A stretch of 36,435 bases of DNA, from contig JBDHAC010000033.1 in NCBI GenBank assembly GCA_039588275.1, positions 1 through 36,435 on the forward strand, given 5' to 3'. The position numbers and the translations under genes are program-made. The notes beneath the pieces were generated by a model. That model made no database searches, had not been told where the DNA came from, and saw nothing but the letters and a program-made list of their open reading frames with translations. This document shows positions 9,064 through 19,692 of the stretch, one piece after another. Position 1 is the stretch's first letter. Each line of letters starts with the position of its first letter. The DNA comes from Gemmatimonadota bacterium. GTDB lineage: Bacteria > Gemmatimonadota > Gemmatimonadetes > Palauibacterales > Palauibacteraceae.

Positions 9064-10563
9064 GTGTTTCGCGCGTCAACCAGCCTATCGATCGGCCTCC
9101 TGATCAGCGCGGCGTTCGCGCCGACGGCGACCGCCCAGCAGCCGGGTGAGACCGGCTACCTCGATGAGTCGGTGATGCCGACCGGCGCCATCGGAGAACG
9201 CATCGCCTCGCTGATCGAGACGTTCAACTCGGGTGATCCCGATCGCATTCAGCGCTTCCTGGACGAGGAGTGTACGGCGGAATTCCGGGATATCGCACCC
9301 CATGAAGAACACGTCGAGGTGTTCGGATCGGTTCGAAGGCAATGGGGTGAGGTGGAGTTCCACAGCATTCGTACCTATACGCCTCCTCGTCCCGATGAGA
9401 CCGTGGTCATCCTGAAGGACACGAACTTCAACGCCTGGCGCGCGTTCACGTTGCGGTTCGACGAGAGTTCCGAGCATCGGGTATCCCGCCTGGCTTTCAA
9501 TGACGCGCGCACGCCCTCGAACGTGGAGGAGCTCTCGCTCACCGACGACATCCTGGTCGACGAAGCGAGCCGGTTGATGGAACAGGTGTGCGATCGAGAC
9601 GTCTTCTCCGGGACAGTGCTGATCGCCCACCGTGAGGAGGTCCTGTTCACGCACGCGTGTGGAGAGGCCAGCAAGCGCTTTCACGTCGCGAACAACCTCG
9701 ATACGCGGTTCAACCTCGGCTCGATGAACAAGATGTTCACGGCGACGGCGGTCATGCAGTTGGTGGAGCGCGGGGTCGTCTCCTTAGAAGACCCGATCAG
9801 TCAGTACGTGGACGAGTCGTGGCTCCCCCGCGAGATCACCGAGGCCGTCACGGTTCACCACCTGCTCTCCCACACGTCGGGTCTCGGCAGCTACTTCAAC
9901 GACACGTACTGGAACAGCTCGCGCGAGCTGTACCGCGATCTCGATGACTACAAGCCGCTGGTCAACGGAGAGGAACTGGCGTTCGAGCCCGGCGCCAGGT
10001 TCCGCTACAGCAATACCGGCATGTTCCTCCTCGGCGTGGTGATCGAGAGCGCGACGGGCCAGGATTACTTCGAATACGTTCGGAATCACATCTACGGACC
10101 CGCCGGCATGCGAGACTCGGACAGCTACGAGATGGACGATCCCGTGGAGAACCTGGCCATCGGATACGATCCTGCGCCGGGCTCCGCATACGGCTTCGAG
10201 AACAACCTATACAAGCACGTCATCAAGGGCGGTCCGGCCGGAGGAGGGTTCTCGACGGTGGGGGATCTCCACCGCTTCGCCGTGGCGCTCGTTTCCGGGA
10301 AGCTCGTGTCCGAGGCGTCCACGGCGCTGATGTGGACCGATCACTCCGACGAGGGCTACGGCTACGGGTTCGGCATCCAGGAAGGCGTGAACGGGAAAGT
10401 GGTCGGGCACGGGGGTGGCTTTCCGGGGATCAACGCGAACCTCGATATCATGCTGGACCGAGGCTATATCGTGGCTGTGATGTCGAACTACGGCCGGGCT
10501 GCGAGCCCCGTGGCACGAAGCATCGCCCAGATGATCGCTCGCGTGCCCGCGGCAACCAGCTAG
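9064..10563 (+). CDS. Serine hydrolase, beta-lactamase/AmpC-like family, secreted
   Basis: GTG start after GGAGGAG; signal peptide; SxxK (GSMNK), LLSHTSG, YSN and GHGGG motifs. Confidence 0.92.
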   Translation: MFRASTSLSIGLLISAAFAPTATAQQPGETGYLDESVMPTGAIGERIASLIETFNSGDPDRIQRFLDEECTAEFRDIAPHEEHVEVFGSVRRQWGEVEFHSIRTYTPPRPDETVVILKDTNFNAWRAFTLRFDESSEHRVSRLAFNDARTPSNVEELSLTDDILVDEASRLMEQVCDRDVFSGTVLIAHREEVLFTHACGEASKRFHVANNLDTRFNLGSMNKMFTATAVMQLVERGVVSLEDPISQYVDESWLPREITEAVTVHHLLSHTSGLGSYFNDTYWNSSRELYRDLDDYKPLVNGEELAFEPGARFRYSNTGMFLLGVVIESATGQDYFEYVRNHIYGPAGMRDSDSYEMDDPVENLAIGYDPAPGSAYGFENNLYKHVIKGGPAGGGFSTVGDLHRFAVALVSGKLVSEASTALMWTDHSDEGYGYGFGIQEGVNGKVVGHGGGFPGINANLDIMLDRGYIVAVMSNYGRAASPVARSIAQMIARVPAATS

Positions 10564-10621
10564 CAGGGCTGAGAGACTTCGGCACCCGCACGACAACGAG
10601 CAACGAGATTCGGGGGAAGGC

Positions 10622-10906
10622 GTGTGCAGGAACATCAAGACGCTATTCAACTTCGATCCGCCTGCAACGGATGAGGAAATCCGTGCGGCGTCCCTTCAGT
10701 TCGTGCGAAAAGTGAGCGGCTTCCAAAAACCGTCGCGCGCGAACGAGGGGGCATTCGAGCGTGCCGTCGATGAGGTCTCATCCGCTGCCCGAGCACTCAT
10801 CGATTCGCTGGTCACGAAGGCCCCGGCCCGGGACCGCGAAGTAGAGGCAGCCAAGGCTCGGGCGCGGGCGGCCAAGCGCTTCGGCCCGGCCCGGCCGGCC
10901 ACGTGA
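10622..10906 (+). CDS. DUF2277 family protein
   Basis: Characteristic MCRNIKTLFNFDPPATDEEIRAASLQFVRKVSG N-terminus. Confidence 0.88.
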   Translation: MCRNIKTLFNFDPPATDEEIRAASLQFVRKVSGFQKPSRANEGAFERAVDEVSSAARALIDSLVTKAPARDREVEAAKARARAAKRFGPARPAT

Positions 10907-10910
10907 GACC

Positions 10911-11468
10911 GTGAATCGCGAACCGGTCACCCGGGGTGCGAGACTCGTCCGCACTCTGTTGATGGCCGCGACCGGCTTTTCGGTATTCGGGTGCTCCGGC
11001 AACGAGCGGTACGAGATGGGGCAAACGATCGAGATGGGACCGTTCACCTTCCGGGTCGAGTCGGCTTCGGCGGCGACAAGCTCGCACGATGGGAAGCCGC
11101 GGAGGGAAATCGCGGTCGAGCTCTGGCAGCTGAACGTCGAACCGGGGGAGAACATTGATCTCGCCCGGTTCCTGATCCCGGGGTCGGAGTTTGCACCGCG
11201 CCCTCAAATCAAGATCCGAGATCGCGAGGGGCACGAGTACCTGGGGAGCGTGGGTCTCAAGCGTGGAGACCGATGGCCGGTCAGCTTCGAGCTCGTAGCA
11301 GGTTCGAGGTTCACGGCCGCGAGCCGTGAAAGGGCGGATCGCTTCGCGGAACAGCAGCTCTCGAAGGGGCCGCGAGACTTCCGCCTCTACATCACGAACC
11401 CCGACCGGCGCGCAGGACAACCGCGCGAGGTATGGCTGCAACTCAGGGATTATCGGCCGACGCGCTAG
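10911..11468 (+). CDS. Hypothetical lipoprotein
   Basis: Signal ending in lipobox-like VFG-C; beta-rich mature part; starts 4 nt after the previous stop. Confidence 0.65.
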   Translation: MNREPVTRGARLVRTLLMAATGFSVFGCSGNERYEMGQTIEMGPFTFRVESASAATSSHDGKPRREIAVELWQLNVEPGENIDLARFLIPGSEFAPRPQIKIRDREGHEYLGSVGLKRGDRWPVSFELVAGSRFTAASRERADRFAEQQLSKGPRDFRLYITNPDRRAGQPREVWLQLRDYRPTR

Positions 11469-11501
11469 CGGAGATCCCCACAACTCCCGGCAAGTCCCGG
11501 C

Positions 11502-12776
11502 TCAACGGAGGCGCGGGCAGCCCGATGCGTCGAAATGTTGATCGATGCCCCGCATCACTTCGGCCGCGCTTCGATAGCTCGAAGGGATAGCCGACTCGCC
11601 TTCATCGCGAACCGCGGCGACCTTGCCCGACAGCGCGATGAAGGCATCATCCGCCGTTCGATAGGCTTCGGACATGCGATCGCAACCCACGCCATTGGTC
11701 TGATACGCCTCTGCGAGATCGTAGTACGCGTAGACCTCGGTTCGAAAAGCATCGTATTCAGACCTGAAGGTGGCCTCGCCGAAGACCTGCGGTAGTTCAT
11801 GGACGGCGAACGGTGCGGAGAACAATGTCGTGTCCGGCGCGGACGATAGCGCGGCTGGGCGTTCCCGGAGAAGGAGCCCCGCACCACCAACGATCAAGAC
11901 CGAAGCGGCCAGGGCGAGGGCCGATCGGCGACCTCGTCTCACCGAGTCCGTGGAGCGGCCGGACGGCGCCATCACCAGCGGTGTGACGAGTTGGCTCCCT
12001 GTATGCCGATTGGAAGGTGGAGGAGAAGCCGGGACGACCGGTGCCGTTGTCTCGTAGTTCGAGAATCCGACACAGGTGAAAGGAGGGCGAGCGCTCGGGT
12101 CGGTCGAGCCGTCGAGCCGCTCGAAGAAGGGCCTGTGTCTATCCGGCTGCAGCCGTTCGCCCTCGTTGCACCAGAATACGGCGCCCTTGGGTGCGGTCAG
12201 GTCGGAGACCATGAGGAGACTGAACTGCCAGGGTTCGCTGAACAGGCGCTTGTGGACCTCTATCTCCGCCTCCGTCAGCGTGCACTCTGACCCGGGGCGC
12301 GTTCGGTACCACCCGACGGGAACGCCGCCCGTCCAACACGGCTCCTCGAACAGCGAGAGCAGGGCATCCTCGAGCGCGTCGGCCGAATCGCCGTGCGCGC
12401 CCGGCTCCACGGCCGAATCGAGCCCCTTTTCGAAGGCGAGCCCGGCACCGATCGAGGCCACCACGTCGACCCACAAGCGCTGGGTGGACGGGCATTCCAA
12501 CACGTGCCCGAGCAATAAACCGGCTGTGCGTCCCTCCAGATCTCGGACCATCTCGTGTCGAAGCGTGACGAACACGCGCTGCTCTATAACGATATCGGGT
12601 TGGTGCTGGGCTCGTCCGTTGGACGCTTCATCCCCACGCGGCTTCCAGCCGATCGAGCCCTCGATGGGGAACAGCTCACGTTCGTATGGGAGGAAATAGA
12701 ATGGATTGGAGCTGTCGAAGGTTTCGCCGCCGCCACCCGGCGCTGCGCGATCGTCGGTCCCGGTCATCGTCCCCAC
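11502..12776 (-). CDS. Membrane-anchored JAB/MPN-like protein, paralog A (JAMM degenerate)
   Basis: AGLLLG...VGWYRTRP...FSEPWQ...PFFE...FSNY; single TM (ALALAASVLIVGGAGLLL); C-terminal GCDRM...SGCPR. Confidence 0.8.
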   Translation of the reverse strand: MGTMTGTDDRAAPGGGGETFDSSNPFYFLPYERELFPIEGSIGWKPRGDEASNGRAQHQPDIVIEQRVFVTLRHEMVRDLEGRTAGLLLGHVLECPSTQRLWVDVVASIGAGLAFEKGLDSAVEPGAHGDSADALEDALLSLFEEPCWTGGVPVGWYRTRPGSECTLTEAEIEVHKRLFSEPWQFSLLMVSDLTAPKGAVFWCNEGERLQPDRHRPFFERLDGSTDPSARPPFTCVGFSNYETTAPVVPASPPPSNRHTGSQLVTPLVMAPSGRSTDSVRRGRRSALALAASVLIVGGAGLLLRERPAALSSAPDTTLFSAPFAVHELPQVFGEATFRSEYDAFRTEVYAYYDLAEAYQTNGVGCDRMSEAYRTADDAFIALSGKVAAVRDEGESAIPSSYRSAAEVMRGIDQHFDASGCPRLR

Positions 12777-13011
12777 CCCTCGTCACTCAGCAGCTCAGCT
12801 CACCGCCCCACGACGCATAAGGCTACGGTAAATGCGGCTCGCGCTCAACCTTGCGCCCCGACGCGTCGTGGACCACACGAGGAAGGCGGGATCGCATCGC
12901 ACGAAGGATGGGCTCTCCCGGGCCATCTCAGGTGTAGGAGCGGAAGTCGACATCCTCGACCGAACGAGAGTGAACACCGTAAAGAGGTCGATCCGTGAGC
13001 CAGCCGAGCCG

Positions 13012-13986
13012 ATGAGGAAAGCCGGATCACGACCCGCGCTATCGAGGACGGTCGCGGTGTGCGCGGCGATCGCGATGGCCGCGGCCTGCGGGGAATCCGG
13101 TCCTACGGGCCTCGAACTGACCCCGGAGATCGAGGGTGCGCTCGCGAGCATTACCGCGGGCGACCTGAGCACCCGCGTGGGTCTGATCGCACACGATTCG
13201 ATGGCCGGGCGCGGCACCCCCAGCACCGAGCTGCAGATGACCGCGGCCTTCGTTGCCGATGAGTTTCAGTCGGCGGGTCTGCGCCCGGGGGGAGAAGACG
13301 GGTACTTCCAGCGCTTCCCGCTCCAGGGCGGATCCGAGGCCACCAACACGATCGGTTGGATCGAGGGCGCCGATCCCGCCTTCCGATCCGAGTACATCGT
13401 GTTCTCCGCACACATGGACCATTTGGGAGTGGGGCTGCCCCTGGAGGGAGACACGATCTACAACGGCGCGGATGACAACGCTTCGGGCACGGCGGCGATC
13501 CTCGAGCTCGCGGAGGCGTTCGGGCGATTCGGCGTACAGCCCCGGCGCTCGGTCGTGTTCATCGGCTTCAGCGCCGAAGAGCTGGGGCTCGTGGGCTCAC
13601 GATGGTACGTGGATCATCCCACCTTCCCGCTCGAGAGCACGTTCGCGAACATCAACCTCGACATGATCGGGCGGAACTGGCGCGATACGATCGTCGCCTT
13701 GCGGTCACCCGATGAGCTGGGGGAGACGGCCGAGCGGGTCGCGCGGGCTCACCCAGAGCTCGGGCTCACGGTCATCGATGACCCGTGGCCGAACCTCTCC
13801 CTCCTGTCCCGATCGGACCAGTGGAGCTTCATCCGCAACGGAGTCCCGGCCCTGTTCTTCACGAGCGGGCTACACGTTGATTACCACACTCCACGGGACG
13901 AGGCGGACCGCCTCGATTACGAGAAGACCGAGCGCGTGACCCGGCTTCTTTTCCTCCTGGCCCTCGAGCTGGCCGGGTCCCAGTAG
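13012..13986 (+). CDS. M28 family metallopeptidase, lipoprotein
   Basis: Lipobox AAAC; SAHMDHLG, NGADDNASG, AEELGLVGS, NLDMIG, RSDQ and DYHTPRD motifs. Confidence 0.92.
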   Translation: MRKAGSRPALSRTVAVCAAIAMAAACGESGPTGLELTPEIEGALASITAGDLSTRVGLIAHDSMAGRGTPSTELQMTAAFVADEFQSAGLRPGGEDGYFQRFPLQGGSEATNTIGWIEGADPAFRSEYIVFSAHMDHLGVGLPLEGDTIYNGADDNASGTAAILELAEAFGRFGVQPRRSVVFIGFSAEELGLVGSRWYVDHPTFPLESTFANINLDMIGRNWRDTIVALRSPDELGETAERVARAHPELGLTVIDDPWPNLSLLSRSDQWSFIRNGVPALFFTSGLHVDYHTPRDEADRLDYEKTERVTRLLFLLALELAGSQ

Positions 13987-14049
13987 CCCGCCTCGCGCTC
14001 GCCCGCCCTGGCCCGCGCTCGCACGGCCCGGCCTCGCCGGGTCTTGGGC

Positions 14050-16098
14050 TTACGGCACCCGCGGCAGGTCGATCGCGGGGTTCCGATCGAAGAAGTCGAA
14101 CGGCCGCAGCTCGAACGCCTGCCAGCTCACCGGCATCACGGGGAAGTCCTCCGCACGCACCACGTGATGCATCCCCACGGTGTACCACACGACGATATCC
14201 TCCGCCGCGATCGAACGGTTATCGGCCGTCCAGCGGGGCAGCCCCTCACCCGGCTCGCTCAACGTCGGATACGTGCCTGCGGCATAGCGCTCCCGAGGTT
14301 CGTATGGAGTCACCCACAGATGGTGGTCGATGAAGCCCGCCCGACCCTGCGGATAGTCCTCGGGGACCATCAGCGAGAGGGCGTTCGAGCGAGGCAGCAG
14401 GTGGTAGCTGACCGGGTAGCCCACGCCGTTGCGGGAGTTCGGGTTGATGACGCGCCATAAGGCGGGTCGCTCGAAGTCCAGCCGACGCTTCGCATCCGCC
14501 TCGCGCTGGGCGATCGTCGGCTCGACCACCCAGATGCTCTTTCTCGGGTGGTCTTCCGCGAGCCGCACCGTCTCGAGCGCGTCCACCTGCAGGCTGTTGC
14601 TCGGGCCGTCGACGTCGAGATCCAGCCGGAAGCTGAAGAAGTGGTCATGGTTCACCGCGACCAGATTCGGGGCCACGAAGCGCCCGTAAGCGTCGGCTCC
14701 GTTCGGCTCGAGCGCGTCCGCACCGTCCGCCGCGCTCATCCCGCTGGCCTCCGAGGCCGCGAAAGCCAGTTCTTGAGCTACCGCCTTCACGTTGCTGATG
14801 CCCGTGGCTGCCAGCCGCACCTCGATCGTCCCGTTCTGCTGGAACACCCAGTCGAACACGTAGTCGTAGTTGCCGAGCACGGCGATCATACGGACCACCA
14901 GGTCTCGCTTGGCCCGTGTCTCCGTCGTCCCCGAGAAGTCGTCCAGGTGGCGCCATGCGATATCGCCGGCGTAGCGCTCGAACACGCACGACGCGTTGGA
15001 CGTCGTAGCCGGCTTTCCGTCATCCCCGGCGACGAGCGCGTCGAACATGACCGCGTTGTCCGGACAGTCGAACCCCGGCGTCATGGGCTTGGCCAGCCCG
15101 CCGGCGCTGTACTCGCCGGAGTCGAGGAAGTTGAACGCATACCAGGGCGTCGCCGGGTCCATGTAGGGGACGAAGATCTCGGACAGGTGCCCCTCGTACA
15201 GGATCGATCGCGAGCGATCCCCGTCGAGGTAGCGCACGTCGGACAGGATCAGCCCGACGCGCGGATCCACCCGATGATGGAAGGTCCACTTCTGCCATCG
15301 GACCACGTGCCCGTCCACCTCGAAGCTCGGGCCCTGCGGCTGGTGCACGCTGATCGGCGTGGGGGCCGGGCGCTGCGGGTCGATCGTCTCATCGTCGTAC
15401 CGATAAGCGACCTCGGGCATCGGGACGATTCCTTCGTCCACGACCTCCAGCACCTCCCGCGAGTCCATGTCCACGTACGCCGCCAACCCCTCGACCACCC
15501 GGTTCCACGGGAAGGTCCGTGCCCCGTGGGTGTCCGCGCAGCTTACCGTCGCGATCCGCCGCCCGCGGCGCTCGGGGCGATCGAAGGTGCCGAGCGGCAG
15601 ACCCCAGCACGCCAGATCGGCGTAGTCGGTGATGCCTCTGCGCTCGAGCGCGGCGCGAAACTCCGGGTCCTCCAGCACGACCGCTGCCCCGGTACCGAAC
15701 TCTCGGTCCAACCAGGTCGGTTGCACGCCTTCGATCCTCTCCCAGCTCTCCACCTCGCGAGAGGCGAGATTCACCACCGCCTCGTACGTATCCGGACCGA
15801 CCTTCAGGATGGCGAACGCGGCGCGTGGGATCGCCGATCCGGGCCGCCACGCCAGGACCTGTTCCTTGGGTGGGGGGCGTAGCGTCACGAGCGTGAACCC
15901 GGTGCCCTCGTCGATGCGCTCACTCTCCCTCAGAGCATCCACGACGGTCCAGTGCTCTTCGTGCGTCAACGGATCCATGGGGTGGGAAGCCGTCTGCGCG
16001 AGCGCGGGGGCGCTCGACGTCGCCAGGGCTCCCGCGAGGGCGGCCAGCGCCGCGAAAGCCCGCGAGTGTCGTGACCAGGATGTGTGCGAAACGTGCAT
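14050..16098 (-). CDS. tynA: Copper-containing primary amine oxidase (TPQ), secreted
   Basis: HPMDPLT, catalytic Asp in FLDSGEY, TPQ consensus GNYDY, Cu ligands HDH and HHVVRAEDFPVMP; signal peptide. Confidence 0.93.
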   Translation of the reverse strand: MHVSHTSWSRHSRAFAALAALAGALATSSAPALAQTASHPMDPLTHEEHWTVVDALRESERIDEGTGFTLVTLRPPPKEQVLAWRPGSAIPRAAFAILKVGPDTYEAVVNLASREVESWERIEGVQPTWLDREFGTGAAVVLEDPEFRAALERRGITDYADLACWGLPLGTFDRPERRGRRIATVSCADTHGARTFPWNRVVEGLAAYVDMDSREVLEVVDEGIVPMPEVAYRYDDETIDPQRPAPTPISVHQPQGPSFEVDGHVVRWQKWTFHHRVDPRVGLILSDVRYLDGDRSRSILYEGHLSEIFVPYMDPATPWYAFNFLDSGEYSAGGLAKPMTPGFDCPDNAVMFDALVAGDDGKPATTSNASCVFERYAGDIAWRHLDDFSGTTETRAKRDLVVRMIAVLGNYDYVFDWVFQQNGTIEVRLAATGISNVKAVAQELAFAASEASGMSAADGADALEPNGADAYGRFVAPNLVAVNHDHFFSFRLDLDVDGPSNSLQVDALETVRLAEDHPRKSIWVVEPTIAQREADAKRRLDFERPALWRVINPNSRNGVGYPVSYHLLPRSNALSLMVPEDYPQGRAGFIDHHLWVTPYEPRERYAAGTYPTLSEPGEGLPRWTADNRSIAAEDIVVWYTVGMHHVVRAEDFPVMPVSWQAFELRPFDFFDRNPAIDLPRVP

Positions 16099-16215
16099 GG
16101 AAGGAACTCCTGTGCTGCGAGGAAGGGCCGGAAAATCGATCGCGGAGTCTACGTCGGACCCGTGACTCGCAGCAACAGAGAGCCAACCGAAGGAGGAGGC
16201 GCCGGGCCTCCACGA

Positions 16216-18087
16216 CTACTTGAGGATCTTCACCTCCAGATATGTCGAGTGGGCCGGCGAGTGGTACACGCGTTGGGTGGCGATGAGGAAGTCGTCCTCC
16301 GTCGCTTCGAAGATGTTGTCGACCCAGCGCTGTGGGTTTCGATCGATGAGGGGGAACCAGGTACTCTGGATCTGCACCATAACACGGTGTCCGCGCTTGA
16401 AGGTGTGGAATACATCCTGTAGCGGCAGCCGCACGGTTGTCACCTCGCCCGGCACGAACGGCTCCGGTCTCTCATAGCTGTTGCGGAACCGCCCGCGCAT
16501 CACCTCGCTGCGCACCATCTGCTCGTATCCCCCGAGCACCACGTGATCGGGCGTATGCTCGTCGTTCTCCTCATCCTCCGGGTAGACGTCGATCAGCTTT
16601 ACGACCCAGTCCGCGTCAGTCCCGGTCGTGGATACCTGCAGGTGGGCCATGATGTCGCCGGCCAGCGTGAAATCGTTTTCCAGAACCGGGGTCTGGAACT
16701 CGATCACGTCCGGCCTCCGGCTGGCGAACCGCTGATCCTCGGTCATGTACAGGCGCGGCGTGATGACGACCCGGATCTCGTCGGTGTAGGGCACCGGCTC
16801 GTTCGGGTCGCTGACGTACTCCGTGAACGGGGGCTCCGACCCTGCAGGTGGCGCGTCGGACAGCCCCTCGTTTCCATGCAGATACAGGCGCTGCGTCTCG
16901 GCGGCGCCCGGCGGCCACATCTCGAACGTCTGCCATTCCTTCAGGCCCGTATCGAACGCCAGCGCCTCGAAGGCGGGCGGCTCTCCTCCGCCCTTGAGGA
17001 AATGCCGGAAGAAAGGAGCCTCCACATCCCGTTGGTACCATTCGGAGATGTCTTCACTGAAATAGATGTTGCCCACCATGTGCGGCGACCGGGACCGCGC
17101 CCAGCCTCCGTGGCTCCAGGGTCCCATGACGAGGATGTTGAAGGTGCCAGGGTTCTCGCGCTCGAGGGTGCGGTAGATGTTGAGTGGTCCGTACAGGTCC
17201 TCCGCGTCGAACCATCCGCCCACGGTCATCACCGCGTGGTCGACTCCGGTGAGGTGAGGAAGGATGTTGCGGGCCTGCCAGAACTCGTCGTAGTTCGGGT
17301 GCTCGACCAGCTGGCGCCAGAAGAAGTTGTCCTCCCCGTAGGTGTCCGAGAGGCGACCGATCCCCTTGTAGAACTGATACCCATCCCATGTCGCCGGCCG
17401 CTGGATTCGGAACCAGCTGGAGGGGGTCGGCTCGGGCTTTTGATACCCGAACACGGGCGTGATCAACCAGTAGCTCAAGAGATACGCGCCATGGTGATGG
17501 AAGTCGTCGAAGAAGAAATCGGAGATCGGCGCCTGCGGCGACGAGGCCACGAGCGCCGGGTGCGCTTCGGGCAGACCGGCCGCCACGTAGAAACCGGGAT
17601 ACGAGATTCCCCACATCCCTACCTTGCCATTGTTCCCGGGCACTTGGTCGACCAGCCACTCGATGGTGTCGTACGTGTCCGAGCTCTCATCGATCTCGGC
17701 ATCTCCCGGTACGTGCGGCCGCATGTTGTCGTAGCTGCCCTCCGACATGTACCGGCCCCGCACGTCCTGGCACACGAAGATGTAGCCCTCCCTCTCCATG
17801 ACCCGGGAAGGACCGATCAGATTCGGGAAGCGCCCCGGACCGTACGGACCGCAGCTGTATGGGGTGCGCTTGAGCACGATCGGCCACGACCGAGACGAGT
17901 CTTTGGGCACGTATACGGCCGCGTACAACTCCACTCCATCCCGCATTGCGATGCGGTATTCGTGCTTGGCGTACCGACCCGGCAGCGGGACTGTCGAGCC
18001 CTCCTGCGCCGCCGCGAAGGACGGAGGCAGGGCGGCGAGGATCACGGCAGCCAGATAACCCACCAGAGAGATGTTCTTCTTGTCCAT
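16216..18087 (-). CDS. CocE/NonD family hydrolase (peptidase S15 / alpha-amino acid ester hydrolase-like)
   Basis: MRDGVEL, RTPY, QDVRGRYMSEG, nucleophile elbow GISYPG, GWFDAED, GPWSHG. Confidence 0.93.
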   Translation of the reverse strand: MDKKNISLVGYLAAVILAALPPSFAAAQEGSTVPLPGRYAKHEYRIAMRDGVELYAAVYVPKDSSRSWPIVLKRTPYSCGPYGPGRFPNLIGPSRVMEREGYIFVCQDVRGRYMSEGSYDNMRPHVPGDAEIDESSDTYDTIEWLVDQVPGNNGKVGMWGISYPGFYVAAGLPEAHPALVASSPQAPISDFFFDDFHHHGAYLLSYWLITPVFGYQKPEPTPSSWFRIQRPATWDGYQFYKGIGRLSDTYGEDNFFWRQLVEHPNYDEFWQARNILPHLTGVDHAVMTVGGWFDAEDLYGPLNIYRTLERENPGTFNILVMGPWSHGGWARSRSPHMVGNIYFSEDISEWYQRDVEAPFFRHFLKGGGEPPAFEALAFDTGLKEWQTFEMWPPGAAETQRLYLHGNEGLSDAPPAGSEPPFTEYVSDPNEPVPYTDEIRVVITPRLYMTEDQRFASRRPDVIEFQTPVLENDFTLAGDIMAHLQVSTTGTDADWVVKLIDVYPEDEENDEHTPDHVVLGGYEQMVRSEVMRGRFRNSYERPEPFVPGEVTTVRLPLQDVFHTFKRGHRVMVQIQSTWFPLIDRNPQRWVDNIFEATEDDFLIATQRVYHSPAHSTYLEVKILK

Positions 18088-18467
18088 GGCTCGTCCGGTA
18101 GGAGAAGAGGTGCAGCCGGTCGCCGGCGTTCTTCAGCGACTGCGTCGGACGCTCGACGACTGTAGTCCATCAGGACGTCCCGGCCCCGGAGGGCCCCGCC
18201 ACAATCTAGAGGGGTGATTGCGTCACGTCTGTAAGGCATTGCCCCTGCACGCTGTGGTGTTTGCTCCTACGGTCGGGTGCAGAGGCTGACCCGTCGCGGG
18301 GCGACCCATGCCGTCTCGCGCTCGGGGGCAATGAAGCACCGGGTCAAGCGTCCGATCACGCTTCAGCCATGACATGGTCACAGAGCGCGATCCGCGGCAG
18401 ATTGAAGCACCTCGGAGCTGCTGGAACGCAAGGACCGATCGGGCTTGGATAGATGGAGGTGTCGACC

Positions 18468-19043
18468 ATGCACGGAGCGGATACCCCGACGGCAGAGTTG
18501 CGCGAGGAGCACCAACTCATCCTGAAAGTCGTGGATGTCCTGGAAGAGATCATCGGTCGTGGCTCGACCCCCGACGATCTAGATCTGGAGGGCGTATCGG
18601 ACTGCATCACCTTCTTCCGACAGTTCACGGATGCGTGTCATCACGGGAAGGAAGAGGGCCTCCTGTTTCCGGAGCTCCAGGCACACGGGATGCCGGCCCA
18701 CGGGGGGCCGATCGCGGTCATGCTGGAGGAGCACCGCATCGGTCGGGCACTCGTCGCGCGTATGGCGGAGTCCGCCGACTCCGTACGCGGCGGGCAGGAC
18801 CGCGGGGAGGGGAGCGCCCGGTTGATCGGCGCGGCCCGCGATTACGTCGAGCTGATCCGGGGCCATATCTCGAAGGAAGATGGCGTCCTGTTCGACATGG
18901 CTGACTTGATGATCGTCGGTCCCGCCTGCGCTCAACTGTGCGAAGCCTACGGGACGACGTGTCTCGGACACCTGGACGGTTACACCCGAGAGGAGTTGGA
19001 GGCTCTGGCCGGAGGACTCGTAGAGAAGTACCTGACCGTGTGA
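18468..19043 (+). CDS. Hemerythrin/HHE domain protein
   Basis: GGAGG RBS; LREEH, HHGKEEGLLFP, MLEEH and HISKEDGVLF motifs. Confidence 0.9.
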   Translation: MHGADTPTAELREEHQLILKVVDVLEEIIGRGSTPDDLDLEGVSDCITFFRQFTDACHHGKEEGLLFPELQAHGMPAHGGPIAVMLEEHRIGRALVARMAESADSVRGGQDRGEGSARLIGAARDYVELIRGHISKEDGVLFDMADLMIVGPACAQLCEAYGTTCLGHLDGYTREELEALAGGLVEKYLTV

Positions 19044-19067
19044 CTGGTTGGATCCACCGGTTCGGGC

Positions 19068-19253
19068 CTACGTCGAGCCTTCACCTCCGACACGATCGGC
19101 GATCTCCATCGCGTTCACCAGCACGTTGTCCAGCGTCTCGCGCTGAAGGTCCATCTGCCTTTGCAGCTCCTCGAGCCGGCTCTCGACTCTGTCGAGCACC
19201 TCGTGGATCCGCTCGAGCCACAAGAGGACTCCATCCGCCTGTTCGGGATTCAC
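19068..19253 (-). CDS. Small coiled-coil hypothetical protein (61 aa)
   Basis: Strong AGGAGGT RBS before GTG; heptad-like LERIHEVLDRVESRLEELQRQMDLQ. Confidence 0.65.
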   Translation of the reverse strand: MNPEQADGVLLWLERIHEVLDRVESRLEELQRQMDLQRETLDNVLVNAMEIADRVGGEGST

Positions 19254-19692
19254 GGCTCACCTCCTCTTCGGTGTCGGCGCGTGCATCTACCTCGCCCGGC
19301 TGAAGTATATACCGCGCGCGCGCCCCCCCGAGTTCTCCCATCCATTTGCCGCGGCAGCTTCCAAGCCGCAAGGATAGCGAGGAGGCGGGTATCCTATTGT
19401 GGCGGGGTGGCCAAGACGTGGCGGGGGTCCCAGTCCGACATGACCCGTGCTCGAGGACGCTCGCGGATGGGACAGTTTGACCCGCGAGCGCCACCCTCTC
19501 TGCGCGCTTCCGCCCGGTGAGTAGTCCCGTCAAAAGCCACAAGATCGATCTCTAACCTTAGCCGCCCCCACCTAGATCGCGTAATATTCATGGTCGCACG
19601 CGATTGCACGCGAAGCCCCGCGCGCGTCGCCACCGGCCCGCCGCTCTGGCACGTAGCGTGACGTGTGCGATCGCCAGAGAGAGGAGGCAAGA

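Noticed and set aside
19646..19663. Sigma-54-like TGGCACG upstream of the YbaK gene
   Set aside because: The -12 position reads GTGA rather than TTGC.
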